Positions 63,483-64,000 of a stretch of 64,000 bases of DNA are shown here, piece after piece; positions within the stretch are counted from its first letter, which is position 1; each line of letters starts with the position of its first letter. The stretch is from Sphyrna mokarran. Lineage: Eukaryota. The notes under the pieces are model-generated. The model did no database searches. It was not told the origin of the DNA and saw only the letters and a list, made by a program, of their open reading frames with translations. Position numbers and translations under genes: made by a program. The stretch spans positions 35,960,001-36,024,000 of the forward strand of contig JAGIQG010000026.1 of the NCBI GenBank assembly GCA_024679065.1. Direction: 5' to 3'.

Positions 63483-64000
63483 GACTTTAGTAAGGTGTTT
63501 GATAAGGTGGCCCATGGAAGATTTCTGCAGAAAATGCAGATATATGGGATAGAGGGTGATTTAGCTAATTGGATTAGGAATTGGCTAGCAGATAGAAGAC
63601 AGAGGGTGGTGGTTGATGGGAGATATTCATCGTGGAGTTCGGTGACAAGTGGTGTACCTCAGGGGTCTGTTTTGGGGCCCCTGCTGTTTGTAATTTTTAT
63701 AAATGATCTGGATGAGGGTATTGAGGGATGGATTAGTAAATTTGCAGATGACACTAAAGTCGGTGGAGTGGTAGATAGTGAAGAGGGGTGTTATAGTTTG
63801 CAGAGAGACTTGGACAAGTTGCAGAGCTGGGCCGAGAGGTGGCAAATGGAGTTTAATGTGGAAAAGTGTGAGGTAATGCACTTTGGCAGGAATAATAAAT
63901 GTGTAGAGTATAGGGCTAATGGTAGGATTCTTAATAGTGTTGATGAACAGAGGGATCTTGGTGTATATGTGCATAGATCCCTGAAAGTAGGCAGTCAAGT
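63483..64000 (+). mobile_element. 5'-truncated CR1 LINE with uninterrupted RT frame, in the J-C intron
   Basis: DFSKVFDKV..SGVPQGSVLGPLLF..KFADDTK..WQMEFNVEKC..RDLGVYV, no stops to the window end. Confidence 0.95.

Overview
Vertebrate genomic DNA, almost certainly a cartilaginous fish (shark or ray), inferred from abundant HE1-type tRNA-derived SINEs and a cluster-type Ig locus. Three genes are supported. (1) The first coding exon and promoter of CDO1 (minus strand, ATG at 15148); exon 2 was not found, so intron 1 apparently runs past base 1. (2) A complete 4-exon RPL37 (plus, 38782-45631, 97 aa). (3) An unrearranged Ig light-chain cluster of probable sigma type: octamer/TATA promoter, leader, V-12RSS, 23RSS-J; the C exon lies beyond the window. 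The rest is mostly decayed repeats (CR1, Rex1/Babar, RTE, Penelope-like, Gypsy, SINEs). The most notable unannotated signals are: a decayed second Ig gene (non-sigma-looking V relic plus CL relic) 2-3 kb upstream of the intact V; a deleted endogenous retrovirus with a tRNA-Asn PBS, CCHC gag and env remnant, whose LTR is interrupted by a solo LTR; an aberrant J nonamer with an overlapping cryptic RSS; a minimal hammerhead motif near the Ig promoter; and several short-range templated duplications. All calls were made by eye without database searches; repeat boundaries are approximate.
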